Shown here: positions 37,445-48,219 of the stretch, piece by piece
Position numbering within the stretch: the first letter of the stretch is position 1
Layout of the letters: every line of letters starts with the position of its first letter
DNA from: a bacterium
GTDB taxonomy: Bacteria > Calditrichota > Calditrichia > RBG-13-44-9 > J042
Assembly: GCA_015485355.1 (NCBI GenBank)
Contig: WFTQ01000084.1
Span: forward strand, 10,104 to 74,103
Reading direction: 5' to 3'
DNA length: 64,000 nucleotides
Position numbers and translations under genes: made by a program
The notes under the pieces: model-generated
What the model was told of the DNA's origin: nothing
The model's input: only the letters and a program-made list of their open reading frames with translations
Database searches by the model: none

Positions 37445-39583
37445 TTATCGCTTAAACGGTTTTCCGTCCTTGCGGTCCTTACGATCGCCGGGTTTCTGAC
37501 CGTGGCGGCGCAGGTACTCCTTTCGGCTCAGATTAAAGCGTCCCTCTCGATCGATATTCTTTAATATTACGTGCACCTTATCGCCCACCTTCACGATATC
37601 GGTAACCGTGCCGATCCGTCGGGTGTCCAGCTCGGAGATGTGGATCAATCCTTCCTTGCCCGGTAAAAATTCCGCAAAGGCGCCGAAATTGGTGACCCGT
37701 TTAATAATCGCTTCGTATTCTTTTCCCACCTCGGGTTCTTCAATGATCGCCTCGATCATTTTCTTGGCTTTCTCGGCCATGGTGACATCCTGGGAAGAGA
37801 TGATGGTGAATCCGGTACCATCTTCGATATCGATCTTCACACCGGTCTCTTCGATAATCTGACGAATGGTGCGTCCTCCAGGCCCGATGACCAGTCCGAT
37901 CTTCTCGGCCGGAATCACCAGGGAGAGGATACGGGGGGCATAAGGCGAGATCTCCGCCCGCGGCCGTTCGATCGTCTGCTCCATGATATCCAGGATTTTC
38001 AGGCGGGCCACCCTGGCCTTTTCCAGAGCCTCCTGCAGGATTTCGTAAGACAATCCCGATATCTTGATGTCCATCTGAAAGGCGGTGATGCCATCTCGAG
38101 TGCCCGCCACCTTGAAATCCATATCACCCAGATGGTCTTCATCGCCCAGAATGTCGGTCAAGATCCGCACCTGGTCTTCTTCCTTGATTAATCCCATGGC
38201 GATGCCCGCCACATGACACTTGACCGGGACTCCGGCATCCATCAAACTCAGCGAGCCGGCACACACGGTCGCCATTGAAGAGGAGCCATTGGATTCCAGA
38301 ATATCGGAAACGATTCGGATGGTATAGGGGAAGCTATCCTCATCGGGAAGCACATTTTTCAAAGCCCGTTCGGCCAAATTCCCGTGGCCGATTTCCCGGC
38401 GGCTGGGTCCCCGGAAGGGCTTCACCTCGCCCACGCTGAACCCTGGAAAGTTGTAGTGCAACATGTAACTCTTGCTGGACTCTCCCTCCAGGGATTCAAT
38501 GATCTGCTCATCGATTTTGGTCCCCAGGGTGGTCGTTGCCAGACTCTGGGTTTGTCCGCGTGTAAACAGGGCCGATCCATGGGCCCGGGGCAGAATGCCC
38601 ACCTCGCAATTGACCGGTCGAATATCGTCGGGGCCCCGTCCATCCAGTCGCCGGTTTTTCTGAATGACCATACCGCGCACTTCACGCTTCTCGATTTCTT
38701 CCAGCAACTCCTTAATAAAACCGTGGTGGTCCTCGTAGGCTTCGCCCAAGGTTTCCAGCACTTCGTCGCGAATGGCCGACAGGCGATCCCGACGGGCCTG
38801 CTTTTCGGTAATCCAAATCGCTTCCCTGATCTTCTCCAGGGCCAGCTCTTCCACCCTCGCCGGCAGCTCTTCGGGAATTTCGGGCTCCGGAATCTCCATT
38901 TTCGGACGGCCCACCTCAGCAATCAACTCCTGTTGCAATTCAATAATCTCCCGAATATACCTATGCCCAAACTTGATGGCCTCCAGCATCTCCGCTTCGG
39001 AAATTTCCTGGGACTCCCCTTCCACCATGGTGATGGAATCGTACGACCCCGCAATGACCAGTTCCAGGGGACTCTCTTCCAGCTGGGAGAATGTGGGATT
39101 GATGACAAACTCTCCTCCCACTTTGCCCACCCGCACAGAAGCGATCGGTTTTTCGAAAGGTATATCGGAGATGCACAGCGCTGCGGATGCCCCAATACCC
39201 CCCAGGACATCGGCATCGTTCTCCTGATCGCTGGAGAGGACAAACACCACCACCTGAGTATCGTTTTTAAAATTTTTGGGGAAAAGGGGGCGGATCGGCC
39301 GATCGATCAGACGGGCACTCAAAATTTCTTTTTCACTGGGGCGACCTTCCCGTTTAAAAAAGCCTCCGGGAATTCGGCCGGCGGCATAGGCTCTTTCCTG
39401 ATACTCTACGGTGAGGGGAAAGAAATCAATGTCCTCTCGGGGTTCTTTACTGCAAGTGGCGGTTGCCAGAACCATGGTGTCGGCATAGCGCACCAGTACC
39501 GCCCCGTTGGCCTGCTTAGCCACCCGACCGGTTTCGATGGATAATATCCGGCCGCCGATTTCTCGTTCTTTCTTAACAATCAT
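37445..39583 (-). CDS. pnp: polyribonucleotide nucleotidyltransferase (PNPase)
   Basis: 712 aa: two RNase PH domains, then KH (GPGGRTIRQIIEETG) and S1 domains; conserved throughout. Confidence 0.95.
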   Translation of the reverse strand: MIVKKEREIGGRILSIETGRVAKQANGAVLVRYADTMVLATATCSKEPREDIDFFPLTVEYQERAYAAGRIPGGFFKREGRPSEKEILSARLIDRPIRPLFPKNFKNDTQVVVFVLSSDQENDADVLGGIGASAALCISDIPFEKPIASVRVGKVGGEFVINPTFSQLEESPLELVIAGSYDSITMVEGESQEISEAEMLEAIKFGHRYIREIIELQQELIAEVGRPKMEIPEPEIPEELPARVEELALEKIREAIWITEKQARRDRLSAIRDEVLETLGEAYEDHHGFIKELLEEIEKREVRGMVIQKNRRLDGRGPDDIRPVNCEVGILPRAHGSALFTRGQTQSLATTTLGTKIDEQIIESLEGESSKSYMLHYNFPGFSVGEVKPFRGPSRREIGHGNLAERALKNVLPDEDSFPYTIRIVSDILESNGSSSMATVCAGSLSLMDAGVPVKCHVAGIAMGLIKEEDQVRILTDILGDEDHLGDMDFKVAGTRDGITAFQMDIKISGLSYEILQEALEKARVARLKILDIMEQTIERPRAEISPYAPRILSLVIPAEKIGLVIGPGGRTIRQIIEETGVKIDIEDGTGFTIISSQDVTMAEKAKKMIEAIIEEPEVGKEYEAIIKRVTNFGAFAEFLPGKEGLIHISELDTRRIGTVTDIVKVGDKVHVILKNIDREGRFNLSRKEYLRRHGQKPGDRKDRKDGKPFKR

Positions 39584-39599
39584 TTCTCTCTTAACCTTT

Positions 39600-39869
39600 T
39601 TATCTTCTTAATCCAAGTGTGTTGATCACGGCACGGTAACGTTCGATATCTTTCCGGGCCAGATAATTTAACAGGCGTCGTCGTTGTCCGACCAGTTTCA
39701 GCAAACCACGACGGGAATGGTGATCTTTCCGATGCGTCTTCAGGTGCTCGGTCAACTGAAGAATGCGATGGGTCAACAAAGCGATCTGGACTTCGGTACG
39801 CCCGGAATCTTTAGGATCGGCTCCAAACTTTTTGATGATCTCCAACTTCTCTTCTTTGGTTAAAGCCAT
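39600..39869 (-). CDS. rpsO: 30S ribosomal protein S15
   Basis: [16 protein letters not shown]...[22 protein letters not shown], the canonical S15 sequence. The start is trimmed to ATG 39869 relative to the track ORF. Immediately upstream of pnp, as in the conserved rpsO-pnp unit. Confidence 0.9.
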   Translation of the reverse strand: MALTKEEKLEIIKKFGADPKDSGRTEVQIALLTHRILQLTEHLKTHRKDHHSRRGLLKLVGQRRRLLNYLARKDIERYRAVINTLGLRR

Positions 39870-39885
39870 ACATGCGCCTCCAACA

Positions 39886-40803
39886 TTATATTTTCTCACA
39901 AATTTCTCGATCCTTTCGCAATTGGGTTTTCAGTTCTTCGATGGTGTTAAATTTTCGTTCGGGACGAATGAACTTTTTAAACAAAACGGTCACCACTTTT
40001 CCATATATCAAACTTTGAAAATTAAATATGTGAACTTCCGAAGTCAAGGCCTCAATATTATTAAAGGTGGGACGAAATCCAACGTTCATCATTCCTTTGT
40101 AGCAACGATGATCCAGCCATACGTCGACTGCATAGACCCCTCGGGCGGGGAGGATTTTATGCCGGTTCAGGGGCTCCAAATTGGCGGTAGGAAACCCCAT
40201 GCTCTTACCCCGCCCCTGGCCTTCCACAATTCGTCCCTTTAAACTGTAACAACGCCCCAGAAAGCCGGCTGCCTTCTCCACCTTCCCTTCTTGTAACATC
40301 TGCCGGATCAGGGAACTGCTGACGATTTCTCCCTCTACCTGAATCGGCCCCACCCGCTCGACGGCAAATCCCAATCGCTTTCCTAAATCGATTAAACGTT
40401 CGAACGTTCCCTCCCGATTCCGACCAAAATGATGATCGTAACCGATGACCATGTCTCGAATCCGCAACCGCTTAAACAGGATTTCCCGCACAAAACTCTC
40501 GTAATCCAGACGGGCAAATTCCCGGGTAAAGGGGATGACCAATACTTGATCGACCTGCAAGCGTTCGAACTGTTCCAGCTTTTCTTCCAGATCGGTGATA
40601 AGGTGAACGTCACCCCCTCCCAGCACGATCTTGGGATGGGGCTCGAAGGTGACGATGATACTCCCCCTCCGATGAGCACGCGCCAGAGCCTTCAATCGCC
40701 GGATCAGTTGTTGGTGGCCCAGGTGCACCCCATCGAACGATCCGACGGTGGCGCTGGACTCCCCCTCCAGATGCACATTCCGCCAATCTCGATAGACCCT
40801 CAT
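39886..40803 (-). CDS. ribF: bifunctional riboflavin kinase / FMN adenylyltransferase
   Basis: 305 aa. N-terminal FAD synthetase ([14 protein letters not shown]) and C-terminal riboflavin kinase ([20 protein letters not shown]) motifs. Confidence 0.9.
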   Translation of the reverse strand: MRVYRDWRNVHLEGESSATVGSFDGVHLGHQQLIRRLKALARAHRRGSIIVTFEPHPKIVLGGGDVHLITDLEEKLEQFERLQVDQVLVIPFTREFARLDYESFVREILFKRLRIRDMVIGYDHHFGRNREGTFERLIDLGKRLGFAVERVGPIQVEGEIVSSSLIRQMLQEGKVEKAAGFLGRCYSLKGRIVEGQGRGKSMGFPTANLEPLNRHKILPARGVYAVDVWLDHRCYKGMMNVGFRPTFNNIEALTSEVHIFNFQSLIYGKVVTVLFKKFIRPERKFNTIEELKTQLRKDREICEKI

Positions 40804-41495
40804 ACTCCACCATCGTCCGTTCGTTTCGATTGCGTCTCCACGTCCTGAATGGAGAGCGCCTCTTCCAGGCGGTATTGCCCAATTCGCGTGCGAATCAACG
40901 ATCGGACATAGCCCACCGTTCCCAGTTCACCGGCAATGTCCCTGGCCAGGGTGCGAATATAGGTTCCCCGACTACATACGACCCGGATTTCCAACCAGTC
41001 CCTGCCCCAATCCAGCAGTTCGATTTCGTGAATATGAACGGTTTTGAACAGACGGGGAATGTCTTTTCCCTTACGGGCCAGTGAATACAACCGTTTTCCT
41101 TGATATTTGGCGGCGGAGTAGGCCGGTATTTCCTGCTTCAGCTCGCCGATAAACCGCCGTAATACGGCCTGCAGGCGGACTTCGTCCATTGCGGGTATCG
41201 GCGCCTCTTTGACGACCGGCCCTTCGGGATCCAGGGTACTGGTTTCCCGTCCCAGTTGAATTTCGGCCACATATTCCTTAGGGAGTTCCATCAACTGGGC
41301 TACCTTTTTGGTTGCCCGTCCTAAGCAAACCAGCAACACCCCTTCGGCAAAGGGATCCAGGGTACCGGCATGTCCCACTTTTTTGACCCGGGTGACCCGG
41401 CGGATTTTTTTCACTACATCAAAGGAAGTCCAGTGGGCTGGTTTATTCACGACCAGAATTTTACCGGAATCATTTGCTGCCGCTGTCGTCTTCAT
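40800..41495 (-). CDS. truB: tRNA pseudouridine(55) synthase
   Basis: 231 aa. Catalytic-Asp motif VGHAGTLDPFAEGVL and overall TruB fold; no PUA extension. Confidence 0.9.
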   Translation of the reverse strand: MKTTAAANDSGKILVVNKPAHWTSFDVVKKIRRVTRVKKVGHAGTLDPFAEGVLLVCLGRATKKVAQLMELPKEYVAEIQLGRETSTLDPEGPVVKEAPIPAMDEVRLQAVLRRFIGELKQEIPAYSAAKYQGKRLYSLARKGKDIPRLFKTVHIHEIELLDWGRDWLEIRVVCSRGTYIRTLARDIAGELGTVGYVRSLIRTRIGQYRLEEALSIQDVETQSKRTDDGGV

Positions 41496-41847
41496 TCTGT
41501 TCTTTTTTGATCTGTTTCAACAGGTTTTCAATGCGCTGGGCGTATTCGAAGGTATCGTCGATGAAAAAACGCAATTCGGGGATGAAACGCACCTTTAAAT
41601 GCGGGGCCATTTCACTGCGGATGAAATTTCGGGCCCGATTCAGCACTTCCAGGGATTTATCGGCGGCCTCCCGGTCGCCCAGGGTGGTGAAATAAATCGA
41701 GGCGATTCGCAGGTCTCCACTGATTTTCACATGGGTGATGGTAATGAATCCTTTATGGGGATCCTTGATTTTACGATCAATTATGACACTGACCAGCTTT
41801 TTGATCTGATCGGCCAGTTTTCTCTGTCGGATGGTTTCGATCGCCAT
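41470..41847 (-). CDS. rbfA: ribosome-binding factor A
   Basis: 125 aa. RQRKLADQIKKLVSVII...ITHVKISGDLRIASIYF...IRSEMAPHLKVRFIPELRF, a typical RbfA KH-like fold sequence. Confidence 0.85.
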   Translation of the reverse strand: MAIETIRQRKLADQIKKLVSVIIDRKIKDPHKGFITITHVKISGDLRIASIYFTTLGDREAADKSLEVLNRARNFIRSEMAPHLKVRFIPELRFFIDDTFEYAQRIENLLKQIKKEQNEDDSGSK

Positions 41848-41856
41848 AGGGGCTCC

Positions 41857-42138
41857 TTAAATAAACTCCAGCGAATGATCCACGATTTGCGCCAGGCCGT
41901 TGTTATCAATCAATTTGAAGATGGCGTTCATATTTTTTTCCACATATCGGAAATCGTTGCCAATTTGGACAATACCCAACCGTGCTCGTTGCCACTTGTC
42001 CACAAAATCCACTTCCGCAATGGAAACGTTGTATTTATGCCCAATGCGATCCTTAATTCCCCGGATGATCATACGTTTCTCCTTTAAGGAGCCCGCCCCG
42101 GGCAAATATAAATCGATCGTTAACACCCCGATGACCAT
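41857..42138 (-). CDS. DUF503 (YlxP-like) protein
   Basis: 93 aa MVIGVLTIDLYLPGAGSLKEKRMIIRGIKDRIGHKYNVSIAEVDF..., the conserved DUF503 sequence that lies between infB and rbfA in many bacteria. Confidence 0.7.
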   Translation of the reverse strand: MVIGVLTIDLYLPGAGSLKEKRMIIRGIKDRIGHKYNVSIAEVDFVDKWQRARLGIVQIGNDFRYVEKNMNAIFKLIDNNGLAQIVDHSLEFI

Positions 42139-42144
42139 ACGGCA

Positions 42145-45024
42145 TCAATTGGTTTTGCTCACCTGATCCAGCGTTCGCGCTTCTTTCACAATTTCGTAGG
42201 CCTCGATGATGTCGCCCACTTTCACATCGTTAAAATTCTCCAGCATTAAACCGCATTCGTATCCGGCCTGGACCTCCCGAACATCCTCTTTGAACCGTTT
42301 CAAGGAGGCCAATTTTCCATCGTACACTTCCACGTCGTTGCGGAGCAAACGAACATTGCTGTTGCGGGTGATTTTTCCATTCAGCACGTAACATCCGGCC
42401 ACCGTTCCCAGCCGAGAGATTTTGAACGTTTCACGGACTTCGGCGGTGCCCAGAAGCACCTCTTTTTCTTCGGGCTCCAGCATCCCCTCCAGCGCCTGTC
42501 TCACATCCTCGATGGCATCGTAGATGACCTTATAGAGACGAATGTCCACGTGTTCCTGTTCGGCCAGTTCTTTGGCCTTCGGCGTCGGCCGGACGTGGAA
42601 TCCGATGATAATGGCGTTGGAAGCGGCCGCCAGCAGGACGTCCGATTCGGAGATGGGCCCCACGGCTCGGCGGATGACCTCCACAGCCACTTCTTCTTGA
42701 GAAAGCTGCAACAGGGCGTCCGCCAGGGCCTGGGCCGAACCGTCCACATCGGCCTTGACCATGATGTTCAATTTTTTGGCGGTGCCTTCGCGAATCTGGC
42801 GGGAAAATTCATCCAGCGTCATGGTGCGGGTACTGCGGAAATCTTGTTCCCGTTTAAGCTGCCGACGCCGTTGGGCGATTGCTTTCACTTCCTTTTCGTC
42901 TTGCATGACCACAAAGCGATCGCCGGCTTCGGGAACCCCATCGAGGCCCAGCACCTGTACGGGAGTCGAGGGACCGGCCGATGTCACCCGCTGGCCGCGT
43001 TCATTCAACAGGCCACGCACCCGTCCCCAATGTTGCCCCACCACAAAATAATCGCCCACTTGCAAGGTGCCTTCCTGGACCAACACCGTAGCCACCGGCC
43101 CCTTGCCTTTATCCAGCTTGGCTTCCAAAACCACACCCCGGGCCCTCTTGTTGGGATTGGCCTTGAGTTCCAACAGTTCGGCTTCTAAAAGAATTTTCTC
43201 CAACAGGTCACCGATTCCTTGACCGGTCTTCGCCGATACTTCCACCACCTGATAAGTCCCTCCCCAGTCTTCCACCAGGATGTTGCGCTCGGCCAGTTGT
43301 TTGCGAATCGCCTGGGGATCGGCATTGGGTTTATCGACTTTATTGATGGCGATCACGATGGGCACCCCGGCGGCACGGGCATGGTCGATGGCTTCTTCCG
43401 TCTGGGGCATGACCCGATCATCGGCGGCAATCACCAGCACGACAATATCGGTGACCTGTGCCCCCCGGGCCCGCATGGCGGTAAAAGCCTCGTGCCCCGG
43501 TGTATCCAGAAAGGTGATTTTGCGCCCATCTTCCAACGCCACTTCATAGGCACCGATGTGCTGGGTAATCCCACCGGCCTCGCCGGCCACTACGTTGGTC
43601 TTCCGAATATAATCCAGCAACGAGGTCTTCCCATGATCCACATGGCCCATAATGGTGACCACCGGAGGCCGGGGCTTCAGGTCCTCGGGACGGTCCGTTT
43701 CGGATTCCTCTTCCAGAATTTCGGAGGCGAATTCTTCCTCTTCCTCAACAGTATAGCCAAATTCTTCGGCCAGCAGCTTGATGGTGTCCATATCCAGACG
43801 TTGATTGATGGTCACGATCAGTCCCAGATCCAGACATTTGCGGATAATCTCGGAAGCGGGCAGATCCATCAGGTTGGCCAGATCCTGAGTGGTGATAAAT
43901 TCGCTCACCCTGATCACATTCGCTTCGACCTCTTCCTCATCCTTTTCCTTCACCTTTTTGCGTTTTTTACGGCCGGTTCCGGCATCGCGCAATTCCGCCA
44001 GGGTTTTTCGCAGTGTCGCTTCCACTTCCTTCTGATCCACTTCCTTTTTCTTCTTGCCGCGTTTTTTACGCCCTTCCTTTACCGGTTTAACAACCTCTTC
44101 TCCCTCCTCTTCTTCTTCGATGGCCCGCAAATCCCGTTTAAATTTTTTACCTTCCTTACGAATCATCTCGAAGGCCTTACGCCGCCGGGCTTCCCGTTCG
44201 TCCTCCAGTTCTTTTTTGGTCTTCTTCTTGGTCTTCTTCCGTTCCTTCTTCTTTTCTTCCGCAGGGGGCTCTTCTACCGCTTCGGGTGTCGGCTTCTGTT
44301 CGGCCAGCTCTTCGGCCACGGCCTTTTCAATCAATCCCAGGGGACGCGCCTTTTTCCCCTGTTCTCGAATCTGTTTCAGAATGCGTTTTTGCCGTTCCCT
44401 TTTTTCCCGTTCCTCCTCCTCCAGCCGTTTCAGGTATTCTTTGGCCATGGGATGATCCACAATATCGCCCACCTGAGGTTGTTTTTCTTCGGTGCCCTCC
44501 ACCTGGGATGCGGCATCGGCGCCTTCAGGCGTTTCAGGGGGTGGGATTTCGGCCCCCTCCCGGGGGGGGTGTACGACCTCTTCTTGGGGAGGGGCCGCTT
44601 CGGTCAGTTCTTCCTTAACCGTTTCCGCCGGAGGGGGCGTTGCTTCGTCTTCGGCGGGGGGCACGGCTTCAGCCACGGCGGCTGCCTCTTCAGAAACCTC
44701 TTCCGCCGCCTTTTCCGGGGTTTCCGTCTGGGCCGGGGTTGCGCCCACAGGCTCTTTTTTCTCTGTTTCGGCGGCAACGACTTCGGCCGCCTTCTGTTCC
44801 TCCAGCCGTTTCTCGATACGCCGTTTATGCAGCCGTTCGGCTTCCTTCTTCTCGTGGGCAAAACGTTGCAAAATCTCGTCGTACACCTCATCCGTAATGA
44901 TCATGTTCAGGCCTTTGACGGTATAACCCTTCTTTTCCAGAAATTCCTTGATGGTTCCGGAAGATACATTCAGTTCTTTTGCAACCTGAAACAGTTTTCG
45001 TTTTTTATTGGTGGACACTGCCAT
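42145..45024 (-). CDS. infB: translation initiation factor IF-2
   Basis: 959 aa. Long K/E/A-rich low-complexity N-terminus, then G-domain ([21 protein letters not shown]) and the C-terminal IF2 beta-barrel domains. Confidence 0.95.
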   Translation of the reverse strand: MAVSTNKKRKLFQVAKELNVSSGTIKEFLEKKGYTVKGLNMIITDEVYDEILQRFAHEKKEAERLHKRRIEKRLEEQKAAEVVAAETEKKEPVGATPAQTETPEKAAEEVSEEAAAVAEAVPPAEDEATPPPAETVKEELTEAAPPQEEVVHPPREGAEIPPPETPEGADAASQVEGTEEKQPQVGDIVDHPMAKEYLKRLEEEEREKRERQKRILKQIREQGKKARPLGLIEKAVAEELAEQKPTPEAVEEPPAEEKKKERKKTKKKTKKELEDEREARRRKAFEMIRKEGKKFKRDLRAIEEEEEGEEVVKPVKEGRKKRGKKKKEVDQKEVEATLRKTLAELRDAGTGRKKRKKVKEKDEEEVEANVIRVSEFITTQDLANLMDLPASEIIRKCLDLGLIVTINQRLDMDTIKLLAEEFGYTVEEEEEFASEILEEESETDRPEDLKPRPPVVTIMGHVDHGKTSLLDYIRKTNVVAGEAGGITQHIGAYEVALEDGRKITFLDTPGHEAFTAMRARGAQVTDIVVLVIAADDRVMPQTEEAIDHARAAGVPIVIAINKVDKPNADPQAIRKQLAERNILVEDWGGTYQVVEVSAKTGQGIGDLLEKILLEAELLELKANPNKRARGVVLEAKLDKGKGPVATVLVQEGTLQVGDYFVVGQHWGRVRGLLNERGQRVTSAGPSTPVQVLGLDGVPEAGDRFVVMQDEKEVKAIAQRRRQLKREQDFRSTRTMTLDEFSRQIREGTAKKLNIMVKADVDGSAQALADALLQLSQEEVAVEVIRRAVGPISESDVLLAAASNAIIIGFHVRPTPKAKELAEQEHVDIRLYKVIYDAIEDVRQALEGMLEPEEKEVLLGTAEVRETFKISRLGTVAGCYVLNGKITRNSNVRLLRNDVEVYDGKLASLKRFKEDVREVQAGYECGLMLENFNDVKVGDIIEAYEIVKEARTLDQVSKTN

Positions 45025-45032
45025 TGAAACCC

Positions 45033-45362
45033 CTACTTTAAATGTTTTAGAAATCCTTTTGCCATCTCCCCGCGGCGCATTCCCATGATTTTGAATGGTT
45101 CAATACCCAGCCGCCTACGCCAGGGGGGATCTTGTTCCAGTTCGAATACCGGCACCCGCCGGCGCTCTGCAAGGTAACGAATTTTTTTTGCCGAATCTGC
45201 CGAAATTTCTTCGCTGAGCAAGACAAAAGCAATCTTATTTTTTAACAAGTTTCTTTTCACGGCTTCAAAACCCAGTTCCACGGAGCGGGCCCGGATGGCC
45301 AGACCCATCATCCCGATCAATTTTTCGTCCAGACGGATCGTTTTCTTGCCTGTCCGGTCCAT
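45033..45362 (-). CDS. L7Ae-family RNA-binding protein (YlxQ-like)
   Basis: 109 aa between nusA and infB with an L7Ae-like pattern (GLAIRARSVELGFEAVKRNLLKNKIAFVLLSEEISADSAKKIRYLAERRRVPVF). Confidence 0.55.
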   Translation of the reverse strand: MDRTGKKTIRLDEKLIGMMGLAIRARSVELGFEAVKRNLLKNKIAFVLLSEEISADSAKKIRYLAERRRVPVFELEQDPPWRRRLGIEPFKIMGMRRGEMAKGFLKHLK

Positions 45363-45363
45363 G

Positions 45364-46647
45364 TTAAATGTTCAACTGCTGAAGAATCTTTTGGGCCGTT
45401 TTCTGTCCGATACCCGGGATCTCCAGCAGGCCCTGCAGCCCCAGCCCCTTGACTTCTTCGGCGGTCTTGATACCGGCCTCTTTCAATTTTTCCACGATTT
45501 TGGGGCTCAGGCCGGGGATTTCTTCCACCGCCATCTCCGATTCGACTTCGGCGGTTTTTTCGTAATATTCGGATTCTTTGATCAGCTCGATCTGGAAGCC
45601 GGTCAGCTCTTCGGCCAGTTCCAGATTCACTTCTCCGCGCCCCATGGCAATGCCCATGTCTTTATCGGGGATGATGGCCACCGCCATTTTCTGATCCCTT
45701 TCCACCAACACCCGCAGGGGCTTGGCCGGGGTTAAGGCTCGGGCGATATACACCTCCGGTTCCGAGGAGTAGGCGATCACATCGATTTTTTCGCCGTTCA
45801 GCTCACGCACCACAGATTGAATGCGCACACCCCGCATGCCCACACAGGCTCCCACGGGATCGATCCGCTTGTCCATGGATTCCACGGCAATTTTGGTGCG
45901 CTCCCCGGGACGCCGGGCCACCGCCTTGACCTCCACAATCCCGTCAAAAATTTCGGGCACCTCGATTTCGAACAGACGAATCAGGAACCGCTTGTCGGCC
46001 CGGCTGACAATGATCTCGGGTCGGCTGCCCTGACGCCGACGCCGCGGCCGATCGAAATCCTCCTCCTCTTCGACCAGGACCTCCGGTTTCAACACCTCCT
46101 TAATCAAAGCGCGCACGCTTTCTCCACGACGCAACTTCTCCCCGGGAATACATTCCTTCCGGGGCATGAACATTTCCGTACGATCCACATTGATGAAATA
46201 GCCCGCCCGGGTTTCCTGGTGCACATCGCCGATAATGATTTCCCCCACCCGGGAACTGTACTCATCATAAATCTTGCGTTTCTCGTATTCCCGAATCCGT
46301 TGCAACAGGGACTGTTTGGCAATATTGATCAGCCGGCGCCCGAAATCTTCCGGATTGACCAGCTCCGCCAGAATTTCCCCCTCCTCTACATCCGGATCCA
46401 TCCTTCGGGCCTCCTCCAAAGAAATTTCCCGGCGGGGATCGGTAACTTCCTTGACCACCTCTTTTTCGACGTATAACTCCACATCCCCACGATCAATGTT
46501 CACAATCACATCGAATTCAGCCTCTTCGCCATATTTCCGCTTCATCAGGGTCACAAATATATCTTCCAAAATGTCGCGCAAATCCTCTTTGTTGATTCGT
46601 TTTTCCTTGGCAATTTCGCCAGCCGCAATGATGATTTGGCTCTTCAT
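45364..46647 (-). CDS. nusA: transcription termination/antitermination factor NusA
   Basis: 427 aa. N-terminal NusA domain, S1, two KH domains (GMRGVRIQSVVRELNGEKIDVI) and a C-terminal HhH region (GLSPKIVEKLKEAGIKTAEEV). Confidence 0.9.
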   Translation of the reverse strand: MKSQIIIAAGEIAKEKRINKEDLRDILEDIFVTLMKRKYGEEAEFDVIVNIDRGDVELYVEKEVVKEVTDPRREISLEEARRMDPDVEEGEILAELVNPEDFGRRLINIAKQSLLQRIREYEKRKIYDEYSSRVGEIIIGDVHQETRAGYFINVDRTEMFMPRKECIPGEKLRRGESVRALIKEVLKPEVLVEEEEDFDRPRRRRQGSRPEIIVSRADKRFLIRLFEIEVPEIFDGIVEVKAVARRPGERTKIAVESMDKRIDPVGACVGMRGVRIQSVVRELNGEKIDVIAYSSEPEVYIARALTPAKPLRVLVERDQKMAVAIIPDKDMGIAMGRGEVNLELAEELTGFQIELIKESEYYEKTAEVESEMAVEEIPGLSPKIVEKLKEAGIKTAEEVKGLGLQGLLEIPGIGQKTAQKILQQLNI

Positions 46648-46674
46648 AAATCTTGTTCACCTCCAATCAACGGT

Positions 46675-47136
46675 TTACCATTTTATTTTCACCTTTGCCA
46701 ATTCTATGGCGGACAGAGGAACGGTCACTTCCTGTGTCTTCAGTCTCAACACAATGGCTTCTCCCTGCACCCGAATCAATTCCCCGGTCACCTCCTTACG
46801 CAGGTCGGCCTCCTGATACCGCACCTGCAACAGGCGCCCGATGTTTTTTCGAAATTGCCAGGGATGGGTCAAGGGTCGATGCACCCCCGGCGAAGAGACC
46901 TCCAGCCGATAGGAAGCTGGAATAACATCATGGAGATCCAGGATATCGCTGATTTCCTGCGTTAATCGGGTGATTTCGGCCAGAGTAATACCCTTTTCCG
47001 TGTCCGCATATACACACAGCACCCGACGGTTTCCGCTTCCGCGCAACTCCAGATCGACCAGATGATAAAATTTTTCGTCGAACAGGGGACCAATAAGCTC
47101 GCGAACCTTTTCTAAAATCGCTTCTTTATCCGCCAT
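46675..47136 (-). CDS. rimP: ribosome maturation factor RimP
   Basis: Start trimmed to MADKEAILEKVRELIGPLFDEKFYHLVDLEL...YRLEVSSPGVHRPL, the canonical RimP sequence upstream of nusA. Confidence 0.85.
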   Translation of the reverse strand: MADKEAILEKVRELIGPLFDEKFYHLVDLELRGSGNRRVLCVYADTEKGITLAEITRLTQEISDILDLHDVIPASYRLEVSSPGVHRPLTHPWQFRKNIGRLLQVRYQEADLRKEVTGELIRVQGEAIVLRLKTQEVTVPLSAIELAKVKIKW

Positions 47137-47270
47137 TGGACCTCTTGTAAAATGCCTATAATAAAAAAGTGGGTTTATCACCCACTTTCCAACTATCAAA
47201 TTTAACCGCGTGCGAATGTAAATGCAAGTATTTTACTATAAATACAACGCTCGGTTCCGGGGGAGGGATT

Positions 47271-48209
47271 TCAATCCAGTATCAATCCCGCCAGAAGAGG
47301 CACCATTATTTCGTGGTGCCCCACAAAATAATATCCCTTGCCGCCCCCCAATGTGGGACGTTGCATTACATTGACCGTAGGGCGGTAGTGTCGGATCATG
47401 TCAAACACCGCGGTGTAAAAATCGTAAGCCGGATATTTTAGATTACGCACCACGGTAAGGGCTTTCAAAAAAACTTCCGGTAAGATCACCGCCGATCCCG
47501 CGTTGACCACAATGCTCCCTTTCTTCAAGCGGGTGAGGGAATAGGAAAACAATTGAAAGTCCAGCAGCGCCTTTTCTCCAAAGGCCGCTCCATCCAGATT
47601 GGGATGCTGATGGACAATCTCGGTGCCTAAGGCCGGATGAACGGACACCGGCACCCCCTGTTCCACACAGGTGGCCAGAATGCTGAGGTGGAGGTTAGGG
47701 GCGTTTTCCCGAATCAAGCGTTCCCCGATCACTTCGCCGTACCCTTTGTTATTGCCCTTATTCGCCGCCAGGGTCTGATTGATGAATTCGGCCGTTTCCC
47801 GCGCCATCCCGAAACTGCCGTCCTGCAAGGCGGCCGCCACATCTTCGCTGGTAACTCCCCACATGGCCACCTCCACATCGTGAATCACGCCGGCACCGTT
47901 CATGGCCAGGTGCCGAATGCCGTGCCGGCGAATCAATTCGTTGATAACGGGACTCAACCCCACCTTGATCACATGGGCCCCCATCATCCACAAAATCATG
48001 CTGCCCTCCCGAAGCGCTTCCCGATAACGCCCCACAAACTCTTTAAAATCTTTAGCCACCAGAATGTCGGGTAAAAACTGGAGAAATTCCTCCAGGGTAG
48101 TCCGCCGACCGGGTACCCGCCCGAATTCCGACACTTTGACTTTACTCAACCGCTCCTGAATACGATAGGTCCGGACGCCATCAAACGAAAGTTTGGGATA
48201 ACGGCTCAT
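47271..48209 (-). CDS. hypothetical protein, possibly deoxyhypusine-synthase-like Rossmann-fold protein
   Basis: 312 aa with no recognised catalytic motif. The segment GIRHLAMNGAGVIHDVEV and a C-terminal GGGKG loosely resemble the DHS-like NAD-binding family. Assignment is weak. Confidence 0.3.
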   Translation of the reverse strand: MSRYPKLSFDGVRTYRIQERLSKVKVSEFGRVPGRRTTLEEFLQFLPDILVAKDFKEFVGRYREALREGSMILWMMGAHVIKVGLSPVINELIRRHGIRHLAMNGAGVIHDVEVAMWGVTSEDVAAALQDGSFGMARETAEFINQTLAANKGNNKGYGEVIGERLIRENAPNLHLSILATCVEQGVPVSVHPALGTEIVHQHPNLDGAAFGEKALLDFQLFSYSLTRLKKGSIVVNAGSAVILPEVFLKALTVVRNLKYPAYDFYTAVFDMIRHYRPTVNVMQRPTLGGGKGYYFVGHHEIMVPLLAGLILD

Positions 48210-48219
48210 GGTTGGTCCT

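Noticed and set aside
38384-39544. 386-aa ORF antisense to pnp
   Set aside because: Embedded in the highly conserved PNPase gene on the opposite strand; composition (Gly/Pro/Arg/Phe-rich) is typical of antisense frames in GC-rich genes.
43900-44900. Repetitive K/E/R-rich nucleotide periodicity inside infB
   Set aside because: Typical low-complexity N-terminal region of IF2; coding, not a repeat element.
43219-45027. 602-aa ORF on the plus strand (plus several others, e.g. 44054..44455, 44492..44926)
   Set aside because: Lies entirely antisense to infB. Gly/Phe/Leu/Arg-rich low-complexity translation mirroring the K/E-rich IF2 N-terminus; artefact of the repetitive coding sequence on the other strand.
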